Source of the DNA: a bacterium
GTDB taxonomy: Bacteria; CLD3; SB21
Assembly (NCBI GenBank): GCA_013360215.1
Contig: JABWCP010000001.1
Span: forward strand, 89,144-153,143
Direction: 5' to 3'
Length of the DNA stretch: 64,000 nucleotides
In this document: positions 47,614 to 57,496 of the stretch, piece by piece
Layout: each line of letters opens with the position of its first letter
Position numbering within the stretch: position 1 is the stretch's first letter
The notes under the pieces: generated by a model
The model's database searches: none
The model's input: only the letters and a program-made list of their open reading frames with translations
Told to the model about the DNA's origin: nothing
Translations under genes and position numbers: made by a program

Positions 47614-49437
47614 TTAATCTTTTTTCTTACGCTCTTCACGACGACGATCCGATTCTTTGAGTACTTTTTTACGAAGACGGAATGTTTTAGGCGTAATTTC
47701 AACCAATTCGTCATCATTAATGAACTCAATATAATCTTCCAAACTCATCGGACGCACCGGTTCCAATCGAACCGCATCATCCGAACCGGAAGCACGCATG
47801 TTGGTCAGTTTTTTTCCTTTTCCAACATTCACGACAAGATCGTTTTCACGGGAATGTTTACCGATGATCATTCCTTCGTAAACCGGTGTCTGAGGATCCA
47901 CGATCAATTCACCGCGTTCCTGCAAACCAAACAATGCATACGCTACGGTTTCCGTTTGTTCCATCGAGATCAAAACACCGTTTAAGCGTCCGCCGATATC
48001 GCCTTTGTACGGCGCGTAGTCGTGAAAAATATGATTGAGTACGCCGGTTCCGCGGGTATCGGTGAGAAATTCACCGCGATATCCGATCAATCCGCGCGCC
48101 GGAATAACAAATTCGATTTTCACCTGTTTATTGTCCAAGTGAATCAGGTTTTTCATCTCGGCTTTACGCTTACCCAATTTTTCGATCACGACACCCATAT
48201 ACTCTTCTGGTACGTCAATGATCAGATATTCCATCGGCTCCAGTAATTGGCCGTCGACGCGTTTCATGATCACTTCGGGACGCGACACTTGAAATTCAAA
48301 TCCTTCACGCCGCATATTTTCGATAAGAATACAAAGGTGCAGTTCACCGCGTCCGGATACTTTGAACGTATCCATACTTTCGGTATCTTCGACGCGCAAT
48401 GCGAGATTCGACAATAATTCTTTATACAAACGTTCGCGTAAATGGCGTGACGTTACAAATTTTCCGTCTTGCCCTGCGAAGGGTGAATTATTGACGATAA
48501 AATTCATAGCAATCGTAGGTTCATCCACGTGTATCGGTTCCAGTGCTTCCGGATTATTGTAATCCGCGATCGTTTCACCGATCTGAATTTCCTCCATACC
48601 CGCCATGGCTACGATTTCACCGGAGTAGGCGCTTTCCGTTTCCGTACGTTTCAAGCCTTCATAGGCGAAAAGCTTCACCACACGGCTATTGTAGCGCGTA
48701 CCGTCTTTTTTCATAACGGCCACATTTTGGCCGGTTTTGATTTCGCCCCGCTGAATGCGACCGATAGCAATCCGTCCGAGATAATCGGAATAGTCTATAT
48801 TGGCTACCAGCATTTGAAACGCCGCTTCCCGTTCGCCCGGCGGACTCGGGATACGTTCGAGGATCGTATCGAACAGGGGCACCATGTCGCTATTGGCCTG
48901 ATCAATTTCATACTGCGCAAATCCCATCTTAGCTGACGCGTAGATGGTGGCGAAGTCCAACTGCTCGTCGTTGGCGTTGAGTTCGAGAAAAAGATTAAAT
49001 ACTTCGTCGAGCACTTCGTGCGGCCGCGCACCAGGGCGGTCAATTTTATTGATCACGACGATCGGTGTACAGTTGGAAGCGAGAGCTTTTTTGAGTACAA
49101 ATTTGGTTTGCGGCATAGGCCCGTCAAACGCATCCACTAGTAGCAATACGCCATCCACCATGGTCATGATACGTTCCACTTCACCGCCAAAGTCGGCGTG
49201 ACCGGGTGTATCCACGATATTGATTTTTGCGCCTTTGTAACGAATCGACGTGTTTTTAGCTAAAATGGTAATGCCGCGTTCACGTTCGAGATCGTTGGAG
49301 TCCATCACGCGTTCGGCGACCTGTTGATTTTCGCGAAACGTGCCGCTTTGGCGCAAGAGCTGATCCACCAAGGTTGTTTTGCCGTGATCAACGTGGGCTA
49401 TGATAGCTACATTGCGAATGTCCGTTCGGCGCTTCAT
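47614..49437 (-). CDS. typA: Translational GTPase TypA/BipA
   Basis: IRNVAIIAHVDHGKTTL and later EF-G-like domains. Start placed at MKRRTDIRN; an in-frame upstream ATG at 49485 would add a 16-aa extension. Confidence 0.85.
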   Translation of the reverse strand: MKRRTDIRNVAIIAHVDHGKTTLVDQLLRQSGTFRENQQVAERVMDSNDLERERGITILAKNTSIRYKGAKINIVDTPGHADFGGEVERIMTMVDGVLLLVDAFDGPMPQTKFVLKKALASNCTPIVVINKIDRPGARPHEVLDEVFNLFLELNANDEQLDFATIYASAKMGFAQYEIDQANSDMVPLFDTILERIPSPPGEREAAFQMLVANIDYSDYLGRIAIGRIQRGEIKTGQNVAVMKKDGTRYNSRVVKLFAYEGLKRTETESAYSGEIVAMAGMEEIQIGETIADYNNPEALEPIHVDEPTIAMNFIVNNSPFAGQDGKFVTSRHLRERLYKELLSNLALRVEDTESMDTFKVSGRGELHLCILIENMRREGFEFQVSRPEVIMKRVDGQLLEPMEYLIIDVPEEYMGVVIEKLGKRKAEMKNLIHLDNKQVKIEFVIPARGLIGYRGEFLTDTRGTGVLNHIFHDYAPYKGDIGGRLNGVLISMEQTETVAYALFGLQERGELIVDPQTPVYEGMIIGKHSRENDLVVNVGKGKKLTNMRASGSDDAVRLEPVRPMSLEDYIEFINDDELVEITPKTFRLRKKVLKESDRRREERKKKD

Positions 49438-49667
49438 GGAAGGGGTACTCCCCTTTTTTTCTTCAGAAATCACATCTTCGATCATAAGACTCCAGGATAT
49501 TTATCAAAAACAAAAACAATAAATTACGTGTTTATTCAAAGGCGCGGCAATATATTTATCCGACCCTGCAAAAACAAGTACTTTTATAGCAAAATCCAAT
49601 CATTACGAATGCACGGCAAAACTTTTAAATTAGATTAGAATCTTTTTATCCTTTTTTTATTTTTATG

Positions 49668-49708
49668 TGCTACACTGTAGCATAACGTGCGCATTTAATG
49701 CCGCACGT
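49668..49708. promoter_or_regulatory. Perfect 15-bp palindrome TGCTACA-C-TGTAGCA followed by a 7-bp inverted repeat (ACGTGCG-10 nt-CGCACGT) in the divergent typA / lipid-cluster promoter region
   Basis: Read directly from the sequence, within a 440-nt AT-rich intergenic region. Confidence 0.4.
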
Positions 49709-49928
49709 ACCGTGGCGGCGCTTTTAAGTCGCACATCAAATTGTTTATGTATTAGTATGTAAAATAAAACAAATAATTTTTAAAATATTATATAACAATC
49801 AAATATGGCTAATAAATACTAATAAAATAGTACTATTTTCTACTTGACAATAGTTTTATTTTGTTTAACATTTAGTTGTCCATATTAAACATTTTAACGC
49901 TACTATTTAAACGCGAGGAAGATGTCGT

Positions 49929-50675
49929 ATGGAAATTGCGATTTTTTTTGCAGGACATTGGTTCACGTCCTTGTTTTCCCAAAGTTTCTTTTTACACCGT
50001 TATTCGGCTCACAAGATGTTTAATATGAACGCGTTTTGGGAAAGGTTCTTTTATTTTTTCACGTTTCTGACGCAAGGATCGTCGTTTCTCAACCCGCGTG
50101 CATACGCCGTGATGCATCGAATGCACCACGCTTTCAGTGATACCGAAAAAGATCCGCATTCACCGCATTTTTTTAAGGATGTGTTTCGCCTGATGTGGCA
50201 TACCAAAAAAGTTTATTTTGACCTGTTGACGGGAAAAACTATTCCCGAACAACAATTTGACGGCGATACGCCGCGCTGGGGTTGGCTTGATGCGATGTCC
50301 AATGCCTGGGTCGTGCGCGTCGCGTGGGGTGTAGGATACTTTATTTTTTATTATTTTTTCGTCCCGGAAGGATATACCTGGCTATACGCCCTTTTACCAC
50401 TGCATTTTTTGATGGGACCGATACACGGCGCGATTGTCAACTGGTGCGGACATAAGTACGGATATGCTAATTTTGACAATCGTGATAAATCGAAAAATTC
50501 ACTCGTCTGGGACTTTATGTTGCTGGGCGAATTATTTCAAAATAATCATCATAAATACCCTAACCGGCCTAATTTTGCCGTGCGTTGGTTCGAATTGGAT
50601 CCGACCTATCCGATTATGAAGGTTTTGGATTGGATGCGAATCATACGTATACGCCGCAAATCCAACGCCGCGTAG
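49929..50675 (+). CDS. Membrane fatty-acid (acyl-lipid/acyl-CoA) desaturase-like protein
   Basis: GAGGAAG RBS. Three His boxes (HRYSAH, HRMHHAFSDTEKDPHSP, NNHHKYP) typical of Delta9-type membrane desaturases. Shorter (248 aa) than typical DesC. Confidence 0.6.
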   Translation: MEIAIFFAGHWFTSLFSQSFFLHRYSAHKMFNMNAFWERFFYFFTFLTQGSSFLNPRAYAVMHRMHHAFSDTEKDPHSPHFFKDVFRLMWHTKKVYFDLLTGKTIPEQQFDGDTPRWGWLDAMSNAWVVRVAWGVGYFIFYYFFVPEGYTWLYALLPLHFLMGPIHGAIVNWCGHKYGYANFDNRDKSKNSLVWDFMLLGELFQNNHHKYPNRPNFAVRWFELDPTYPIMKVLDWMRIIRIRRKSNAA

Positions 50676-50685
50676 AAAGAGAACC

Positions 50686-51036
50686 ATGCTTACTTTTCTG
50701 AAAATCCTATTCAGCGTTATTTTTGCGGGCATGATCGCCGTCGTGGTTACTACCAGCTACGAAAGTAATCTATTTACTCTGATCGCTACCTGGGATCCCG
50801 CGAATTCTATGGCCCCGTGGTTTTCGGCCACGCTGTGGGATTTTTATGCTAATGTCGTTTTTATTTTTGTGTGGGTTGCATATAAAGAAAACAATGTTCT
50901 TCGCAGTATTGTGTGGTTGATCTTGCTGGTTACTCTCGGAAGCATCGCCACGGCACTGTACGCATTGATTCAGCTTTTCAAACTGCAAACCGGGCAAACT
51001 ATACGTGATTTTTTTACGGCACAAAACGCAGCATAA
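50686..51036 (+). CDS. Small integral membrane protein (DUF1475-like)
   Basis: 116 aa with 3-4 hydrophobic helices, embedded in the lipid-modification cluster. Confidence 0.45.
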   Translation: MLTFLKILFSVIFAGMIAVVVTTSYESNLFTLIATWDPANSMAPWFSATLWDFYANVVFIFVWVAYKENNVLRSIVWLILLVTLGSIATALYALIQLFKLQTGQTIRDFFTAQNAA

Positions 51037-51051
51037 GCGCAGAAAAGACGC

Positions 51052-51831
51052 ATGGTACATGATTTTTGGAACTATCAGCTGATCGCGCTGATCGTCATGA
51101 TTTTAATTATGACGATTGTTTGGATTATCCATCTGATTATCCGGCGCGCCGATATTGTTGATATCGCTTGGGCATACAGCCTGTCGATATTGGCTGGAAT
51201 GTTTGCCTTGTTATCACCGCACGAAGGTTTGCGCCCTGTTCTGATGGCCGTGCTTGTCGGGATTTGGGGTTTACGACTTGGTACGCACCTCTTGTTGCGT
51301 ATCGCGGGTCATGAGGAAGACGGCCGCTATCAACAAATGCGTCGCGAAGGAAAAGGAGCATTGGATTTTTTTTGGTTTTTTCAATTTCAAGCCCTGCTCA
51401 ATGTCATACTCTGTATTCCGTTTTCATTCGTTGCACTCAACCCCGTCAACCGCCTCGGCTTTTTTGAATACGCAGGTTTGAGTATCGGCGTTATTGCGAT
51501 TATCGGTGAATCGCTCGCGGATGCGCAACTCCGTCGTTTCAAGGCGCGTACCGGCACCCGCGGCCAAGTCTGTCGCGATGGATTATGGAAGTATTCACGC
51601 CATCCTAATTATTTTTTCGAATGGTTGATATGGGTGGCCCTTTTTGTTTTCGCCTGCGGCTCACCGCTCGGGTGGATTTCCTTTATCGGCCCTTTATTGA
51701 TGCTGTATTTTCTTTTTAAAGTCACCGGTATTCCGGCTACGGAAGCGCAAGCATTGCGTTCCAAAGGCCTCGCATATGCAGAGTATCAACGCACCACCAG
51801 CGCGTTCGTACCGTGGGTCAATAAACAATAA
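51052..51831 (+). CDS. DUF1295 / steroid 5-alpha-reductase-like membrane protein
   Basis: GLWKYSRHPNYFFEWLIWVA C-terminal signature of the DUF1295/ICMT-like family. Confidence 0.65.
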   Translation: MVHDFWNYQLIALIVMILIMTIVWIIHLIIRRADIVDIAWAYSLSILAGMFALLSPHEGLRPVLMAVLVGIWGLRLGTHLLLRIAGHEEDGRYQQMRREGKGALDFFWFFQFQALLNVILCIPFSFVALNPVNRLGFFEYAGLSIGVIAIIGESLADAQLRRFKARTGTRGQVCRDGLWKYSRHPNYFFEWLIWVALFVFACGSPLGWISFIGPLLMLYFLFKVTGIPATEAQALRSKGLAYAEYQRTTSAFVPWVNKQ

Positions 51832-51852
51832 CAAAATATACAAAACTACGAC

Positions 51853-52881
51853 ATGATTCATACCCTACTTAAAAACGACCTCATTCCGGATGCATTCATT
51901 CGTTACGGTATTCGCAGACTATTACGTCAGCGTTTGTTTGAAGAAAAGAAACCGACGATCGAACTCCAATGGCAGCACTGGAAAAACTATATCAATATGC
52001 TCAAAGAAAGCCCTATCGCCATTGATACCAAGGCCGCGAATGAGCAACATTACGAGGTGCCAACCCGTTTTTTTCAGCTCGTACTGGGACGGCATCTGAA
52101 ATACAGTTCCGGCTATTGGCAAGAAGGTGTCACGGAATTGGATCGCGCCGAAAAAGACATGCTGGCCTTAACTTGTAGCCGAGCCGATCTGCGTGACGGA
52201 CAGGATATTTTGGAACTCGGATGCGGTTGGGGCTCCCTATCGCTTTATATGGCCGAACATTTTCCTCAAAGCCGCATCACCGCGGTTTCCAATTCCCGCA
52301 CCCAAAAGGAATTTATTGATGCCACAGCACGGCAACGCGGGTTTAATAATCTGACGATCATCACCGCCGACATGAATCATTTTACGACCGATCAAAAATT
52401 TGATCGCGTGGTGTCTGTAGAAATGTTTGAACACATGCGCAATTACCGCACGCTTCTCGCCAAGGTCGCCCAGTTTATGAAAGACGATGCCCGGCTTTTT
52501 GTACATATCTTTACCCACCGGGAGTATGCCTATCTTTTCGAAGTGCGCGATGAAAGCGATTGGATGGCCAAATATTTTTTTACCGGCGGTCAGATGCCCG
52601 GTGATATGCTTTTTCATTATTTCAATGAAGATCTTCGCATTGAAGAACATTGGCGCGTATCGGGTTTGCATTACGCCAAAACATCCGAAGCGTGGCTGGC
52701 CAACATGGATCGCCACCGCAAGGAAATCATGCCGCTTTTGGAATCAACCTATGGCAGCAACAATGCGCGCATGTGGTGGGTGTACTGGCGAATATTTTTT
52801 ATGGCCTGCGCCGAACTATGGCAGTACAACCAAGGTGACGAATGGTTAGTCAGTCATTACCGATTCAGGAAAAATATATGA
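51853..52881 (+). CDS. SAM-dependent methyltransferase of the cyclopropane-fatty-acyl-phospholipid synthase family (short form)
   Basis: ILELGCGWGSLSLYMAE SAM-binding motif. CFA-synthase-like core of 342 aa. Confidence 0.7.
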   Translation: MIHTLLKNDLIPDAFIRYGIRRLLRQRLFEEKKPTIELQWQHWKNYINMLKESPIAIDTKAANEQHYEVPTRFFQLVLGRHLKYSSGYWQEGVTELDRAEKDMLALTCSRADLRDGQDILELGCGWGSLSLYMAEHFPQSRITAVSNSRTQKEFIDATARQRGFNNLTIITADMNHFTTDQKFDRVVSVEMFEHMRNYRTLLAKVAQFMKDDARLFVHIFTHREYAYLFEVRDESDWMAKYFFTGGQMPGDMLFHYFNEDLRIEEHWRVSGLHYAKTSEAWLANMDRHRKEIMPLLESTYGSNNARMWWVYWRIFFMACAELWQYNQGDEWLVSHYRFRKNI

Positions 52882-53603
52882 ACCTGAAACGATCCTATTA
52901 CCTTTTGTTTGCGCTTTCGTCGGTCAGTTTGTCGGCCATAGTGTCGCCGACGGAAACGCCGACACTGCAACTTAAAACACCGGCATGGGATAACAAAAGC
53001 GGGACTCTGTTGTACACGGAGGAACGTAAACAATTTGACTCCGATGGAAAACCGGGACGATGGGAGTTTAATTATCAAAATCCCAAAGGACAAATCGTCG
53101 TTCAACGTTCAGTAAATTTTCAGCAAGACAAGCTCAAGCCTTCTTTTATACTTCGCGATTTACGCAACGGCTATAGTGAAGGCGCAGAAATCATCGGTAA
53201 TAAAATCAAAGTTTTTAGCGGCGGTTCGCCGGACGATCCGTACCAGGAAAAAACAATCCGGGTTCCTGAACCGGCTGTGATTGATGCAGGATTCCATTTT
53301 TTCATCGAACAACATTGGCGTGCTTTACTGAACGGTGAAACTAAAACGTTTTATTTCGTTGCACCGAGCCAATTGGATTATTTTTCATTTCGCGTTTATA
53401 AATCCGGTGAAACTCAGACCGGAGGCCGCACCGCGTATCAGTTGACTATGGATATTGATAATTTTTTACTCCGTCTTTTCGTGGACCCGATACGACTTAC
53501 ATATGATCCGGAAAGCCGTAAACTGATCGGATACGAGGGCATTTCCAATATCTACAACGACGAAGGCAAAGCCCATCATGTACGCATGGAATTTGTTTAT
53601 TAA
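52878..53603 (+). CDS. Secreted protein of unknown function in the lipid cluster
   Basis: Start at MNLKRSYYLLFALSSVSLSA (signal peptide), overlapping the upstream stop (ATGA). Confidence 0.5.
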   Translation: MNLKRSYYLLFALSSVSLSAIVSPTETPTLQLKTPAWDNKSGTLLYTEERKQFDSDGKPGRWEFNYQNPKGQIVVQRSVNFQQDKLKPSFILRDLRNGYSEGAEIIGNKIKVFSGGSPDDPYQEKTIRVPEPAVIDAGFHFFIEQHWRALLNGETKTFYFVAPSQLDYFSFRVYKSGETQTGGRTAYQLTMDIDNFLLRLFVDPIRLTYDPESRKLIGYEGISNIYNDEGKAHHVRMEFVY

Positions 53604-53626
53604 TTTCAATTCGGAGCGAGACTGAT

Positions 53627-54892
53627 TTGGAACGGTTAGCTATTATAGGCACAGGCATTGCCGGAATGGGATGTGCTCATTTTTTAAATCACCGGTATGA
53701 CATTACGATGTACGAACAAAACAACTACATCGGAGGACATACTCATACGGTCACCGTAGATGAAGAAGGTTCGCCTGTTTTTATTGATACCGGCTTTATG
53801 GTTTTTAACTTGGTTACGTATCCTAACTTAGTGCGACTCTTTAAAGAACTGGGCGTAGACTATAAGCCGACTTCCATGTCTTTTAGTGTTCAGCATGTAC
53901 CCAGCAAATTAGAATTTAACGGATCCGGCCTTAACGAATTATTTGCGCAACGTAAAAATTTGTTTAACCCGCCCTATATCCGCATGCTTTTGGAAATAAA
54001 TCGTTTTAACAATACGTGCCGTGAAGTGATCGAAAAATCGCAGTTCGCCGATTATACGCTCAAAGAATACGTTGAGGAAAAAGGATATAGTGACGATTTT
54101 TTGATGAAGTATCTCGTACCGATGAGTTCCGCAGTATGGTCTACCCCGCCGGATGCGATGCTTGGTTTTCCAGCCGCAGCGCTGGTTCGCTTTTTTGATA
54201 ACCACGGTTTTCTCGGTTTACATACCCAACATCCATGGTACACACCGGTCAACGGGAGTCAACAATATCGGGAAAAGCTTATCGCACCTTTTAGGGATCG
54301 TATTTTTACGGATCGAGCCGCCGTGCACGTTCGTCGCGAGAATGGGAAAGTTTTCATTACGGATAAACGCGGCGACAAAGCTGCTTTTGATAAAGTCATT
54401 ATAGCATCGCACGCCGACCAAGCGCTGGCCATGTTGGAGCAACCGTCGGAAGCCGAATATCGTTTGTTGAAAGAATTCAAATACCAAAAAAATATTACTA
54501 CATTGCATACGGATGCATCCGGCATGCCGCGAACCCGCCGGGCCTGGGCTTCATGGAATTATCGAATGGATCAAAAACATGACGGTTCACTTGAGGCGCA
54601 TACGATTTATTGGATGAATTCGCTCCAGCATGTATCCCAAAAAACAAATTATTTTGTTTCGATCAATGGCGCGGAACGCATTGCACCGGATCGCGTGATT
54701 CGCCGCATGACCTATGAGCACCCCGTTTTTTCAGTAGCCGCGATGAAAGCGCAATCCGAGCTCCCGACCCTCAACACCAAAGGACCGGTGTATTTTTGCG
54801 GGAGTTATTTTCGCTATGGATTTCATGAAGATGCGTTTATGTCCGCATTGGCATTGTGCCGTCAAATCACGGGAGAAGCGATTTGGTTATGA
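53627..54892 (+). CDS. FAD/NAD(P)-binding amine-oxidase-family oxidoreductase
   Basis: N-terminal dinucleotide-binding motif IAIIGTGIAGMGCAHFL...YEQNNYIGGH. Confidence 0.7.
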   Translation: MERLAIIGTGIAGMGCAHFLNHRYDITMYEQNNYIGGHTHTVTVDEEGSPVFIDTGFMVFNLVTYPNLVRLFKELGVDYKPTSMSFSVQHVPSKLEFNGSGLNELFAQRKNLFNPPYIRMLLEINRFNNTCREVIEKSQFADYTLKEYVEEKGYSDDFLMKYLVPMSSAVWSTPPDAMLGFPAAALVRFFDNHGFLGLHTQHPWYTPVNGSQQYREKLIAPFRDRIFTDRAAVHVRRENGKVFITDKRGDKAAFDKVIIASHADQALAMLEQPSEAEYRLLKEFKYQKNITTLHTDASGMPRTRRAWASWNYRMDQKHDGSLEAHTIYWMNSLQHVSQKTNYFVSINGAERIAPDRVIRRMTYEHPVFSVAAMKAQSELPTLNTKGPVYFCGSYFRYGFHEDAFMSALALCRQITGEAIWL

Positions 54893-55692
54893 ATTCATGC
54901 CTGTACCGATGCCGTGTCATGCATCACCGGATGGAACCGAAGCCGCATCGCTTTTTCTATAATATTTTCATGTTCTATCTGGATTTGGACGAATTGGACA
55001 CACTATCCGATAAACTTACACTTTTCGGACATAATGCATTTGCAGTTTTCAATTTTAAAGACACCGATCATTTATTTTATAGCGGCACATCGCGACGTGA
55101 GCATATCACAACCTATCTGCGACAAAACGGCATTACTTCTCCGGTAGGTCGTATCATGTTGCTGACGCATGTTCGTATGTTGGGTTATGTATTCAATCCC
55201 GTGTCGTTTTATTTTATTTTCGATAATGACGACCAACCGATTTGCGCCATTCCGGAAGTTGGCAACACGTTTGGCGAAATGAAACCCTACTTGATTCGCC
55301 GCAGCATGGAATCGTCCCATACATTTTACCTGAAAACCACAAAATTTTTTTATGTCTCCCCATTTATTGATATGGATGCAGAGTTTGAATTTGACCTCAC
55401 GTTGCCGGACGATCAGCTGATGATGCGTATCAATGATATTCAGAATAATCGCCGTTTTTTTGTCAGCACCTTATCCGGAAAACGACAGATACTAACCGAT
55501 GCAAGATTGGCACTGTATCTTCTTCGGTTTCCACTCGTAACCTTGCAGGTGATATTTTTTATTCACTGGCAGGCATTTAGACTGTGGTTGAAAAAATTAC
55601 ATTATCATAAAAAAACGGATTTTCCCGACTTACAACGGGAGGTACATCATGCAGGAAGTTATGTTAACGCCATTGCCACAGAGCGCCGATAA
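54889..55692 (+). CDS. DUF1365 family protein
   Basis: YRCRVMHHRMEPKPHRFFYNIFMFYLDLDELD N-terminal signature. ATGA overlap with the upstream oxidoreductase. Confidence 0.65.
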   Translation: MNSCLYRCRVMHHRMEPKPHRFFYNIFMFYLDLDELDTLSDKLTLFGHNAFAVFNFKDTDHLFYSGTSRREHITTYLRQNGITSPVGRIMLLTHVRMLGYVFNPVSFYFIFDNDDQPICAIPEVGNTFGEMKPYLIRRSMESSHTFYLKTTKFFYVSPFIDMDAEFEFDLTLPDDQLMMRINDIQNNRRFFVSTLSGKRQILTDARLALYLLRFPLVTLQVIFFIHWQAFRLWLKKLHYHKKTDFPDLQREVHHAGSYVNAIATERR

Positions 55693-56920
55693 CACCAAAA
55701 AATTAATGCCGGGTTTTTACGAAAAACTGGTACTTCGTACGTTCGAAGGAATGCATCAAGGTTACATGCGCATCCATTTGCCGGACGGACGAATGTATAC
55801 GTACGGTAATGCCAATGCCGAATTGCAGGCAACAATCCAAGTGCGCAGCAATAATTTTTTTAAGAAATGCGCTCTTTACGGTGATATCGGTTTCGGCGAA
55901 GCCTATGTGGATGGCGATTGGGACACCGACAGCGTTACCCGTGTGATTCGCTGGTTTTTGCTCAACGTCGAACAAGCGCCTACCATTTCCGGATCCAAGC
56001 GCCGCATCGTCACCGCTAATTTTCTCAAAGGGATAAATCGTTTATATCATCGGTTGCGGGAAAATACCGTCAAACTTGCGCGTAAGAATATTCAGGCTCA
56101 TTACGATCTGAGCAATGAATTTTTCAAAACGTTTCTGGATGCTTCCATGACTTATTCAAGCGCGTATTTCCGTACGCCCGATATGTCGCTGGAAGCCGCA
56201 CAAACGGAAAAATATGACCGTCTTTGCCGTCAGCTGAAACTCAAGCCGACGGATCACGTTCTCGAAATCGGTAGCGGCTGGGGCGGGTTTGCCTTGCATG
56301 CGGTCAAACACTACGGTTGTAAGATTACGACGATTACGATTTCAGAAGAACAGTATCATTATGCCCGCGCACGTTTTGCAGCCGAGGGATTTGCGGATCG
56401 GATTTCAATATTGTTTACGGACTATCGCAATGTCAGTGGTCAATTTGACAAAATCGTATCCATCGAAATGCTGGAGGCCGTAGGGCATCGCTATTTCAAA
56501 ACTTACTTTGCAAAACTTCATGAAGTACTAAAACCCAATGGCCTTGTCGGCTTGCAAGTCATTATATGCCCCGATTCACGCTACACCGCATTGCGCAAAG
56601 GTGTGGACTGGATTCAAAAACATATTTTTCCCGGATCCTTGTTGCCATCCGTAGGTGTGCTCCATGAGGCCGCTCATCGCACCGGCGATCTTTCACTGGT
56701 TGATCTCAAACATCTTGGTCGTCATTATGCCCGCACATTGGCCACTTGGCGTGATCGCTTTAATCAGAATAACGAACTGGTACAGGCGCTGGGTTTTGAT
56801 GAAAGTTTTCGACGGAAATGGAATTATTATCTTAGCTATTGCGAAGCGGCTTTCGAAGCGCGTAATATAGGTGTTGTACAAATGATATGGTCACGCCCCA
56901 ATAATATGCTGGTTTCATGA
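55649..56920 (+). CDS. Cyclopropane-fatty-acyl-phospholipid synthase family methyltransferase (long form)
   Basis: 423 aa. N-terminal region typical of Cfa (LRIHLPDGRMYTYG). SAM motif VLEIGSGWGGFALHA. C-terminal YLSYCEAAFEARNIGV. Exact start uncertain. Confidence 0.75.
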   Translation: MQEVMLTPLPQSADNTKKLMPGFYEKLVLRTFEGMHQGYMRIHLPDGRMYTYGNANAELQATIQVRSNNFFKKCALYGDIGFGEAYVDGDWDTDSVTRVIRWFLLNVEQAPTISGSKRRIVTANFLKGINRLYHRLRENTVKLARKNIQAHYDLSNEFFKTFLDASMTYSSAYFRTPDMSLEAAQTEKYDRLCRQLKLKPTDHVLEIGSGWGGFALHAVKHYGCKITTITISEEQYHYARARFAAEGFADRISILFTDYRNVSGQFDKIVSIEMLEAVGHRYFKTYFAKLHEVLKPNGLVGLQVIICPDSRYTALRKGVDWIQKHIFPGSLLPSVGVLHEAAHRTGDLSLVDLKHLGRHYARTLATWRDRFNQNNELVQALGFDESFRRKWNYYLSYCEAAFEARNIGVVQMIWSRPNNMLVS

Positions 56921-57396
56921 TCACCGATTTCTTTCGACGACGCCTTATTCAGCCGCTGATGGATTTGTTACGCCAAGGCCTTTCCGCCGAAAAACTTGCG
57001 CTGAGTGTCAGCCTCGGTTTTGTGTTGGGTATATTCCCTATGATCGGCGCCACGACCATTTTATGTTTGGTGATCGGAGCGCTTTTTCGTGTTAACCAAC
57101 TGGCCATTCAAACGGTTAATTATTTTCTCTTTCCTGTACAAATCGCTTTTTATATTCCTTTTTTTCAGATGGGTGCTTGGCTTTTCGGATACGATCATTT
57201 TCCTTTCACGTTTGAAGAGATCGCAACCATGCTCAGCCGTAATCCATGGCAAGCCATCGTATCCCTATGGTGGGCCAATCTGCGTGCTATAACGGCATGG
57301 CTTCTTACGGCGCCGCTTTTAGGCGGAATACTCTATCTGATTTTAGTTCCCGTTTTCAAACCTATCACAGCGCGTTTCTTTCCGGACAAGGCTTGA
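56917..57396 (+). CDS. DUF2062 family membrane protein
   Basis: 159 aa with 3-4 TM helices. Overlaps the cfa-like stop. Confidence 0.55.
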   Translation: MITDFFRRRLIQPLMDLLRQGLSAEKLALSVSLGFVLGIFPMIGATTILCLVIGALFRVNQLAIQTVNYFLFPVQIAFYIPFFQMGAWLFGYDHFPFTFEEIATMLSRNPWQAIVSLWWANLRAITAWLLTAPLLGGILYLILVPVFKPITARFFPDKA

Positions 57397-57496
57397 ATTC
57401 CAAAACTCAGCAATGTATCTTCATCGGATAGCCGGAATAACTTGATTACGTTTTTCGTTGTAGTATCATAATCCTTTTTTTGAAAGCTATAGACGC

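Noticed and set aside
49437-49485. 16-aa N-terminal extension of TypA (MIEDVISEEKKGSTPS) from the upstream in-frame ATG
   Set aside because: TypA/BipA normally begins a few residues before the G1 motif. The extension has no counterpart I recognise, so the internal ATG (MKRRTDIRN) was preferred.
49844-49872. TTGACA at 49844-49849 as a -35 element for the desaturase cluster
   Set aside because: The best -10 candidate 17 nt downstream (AACATT) is poor. Promoter likely nearby but not callable with confidence.
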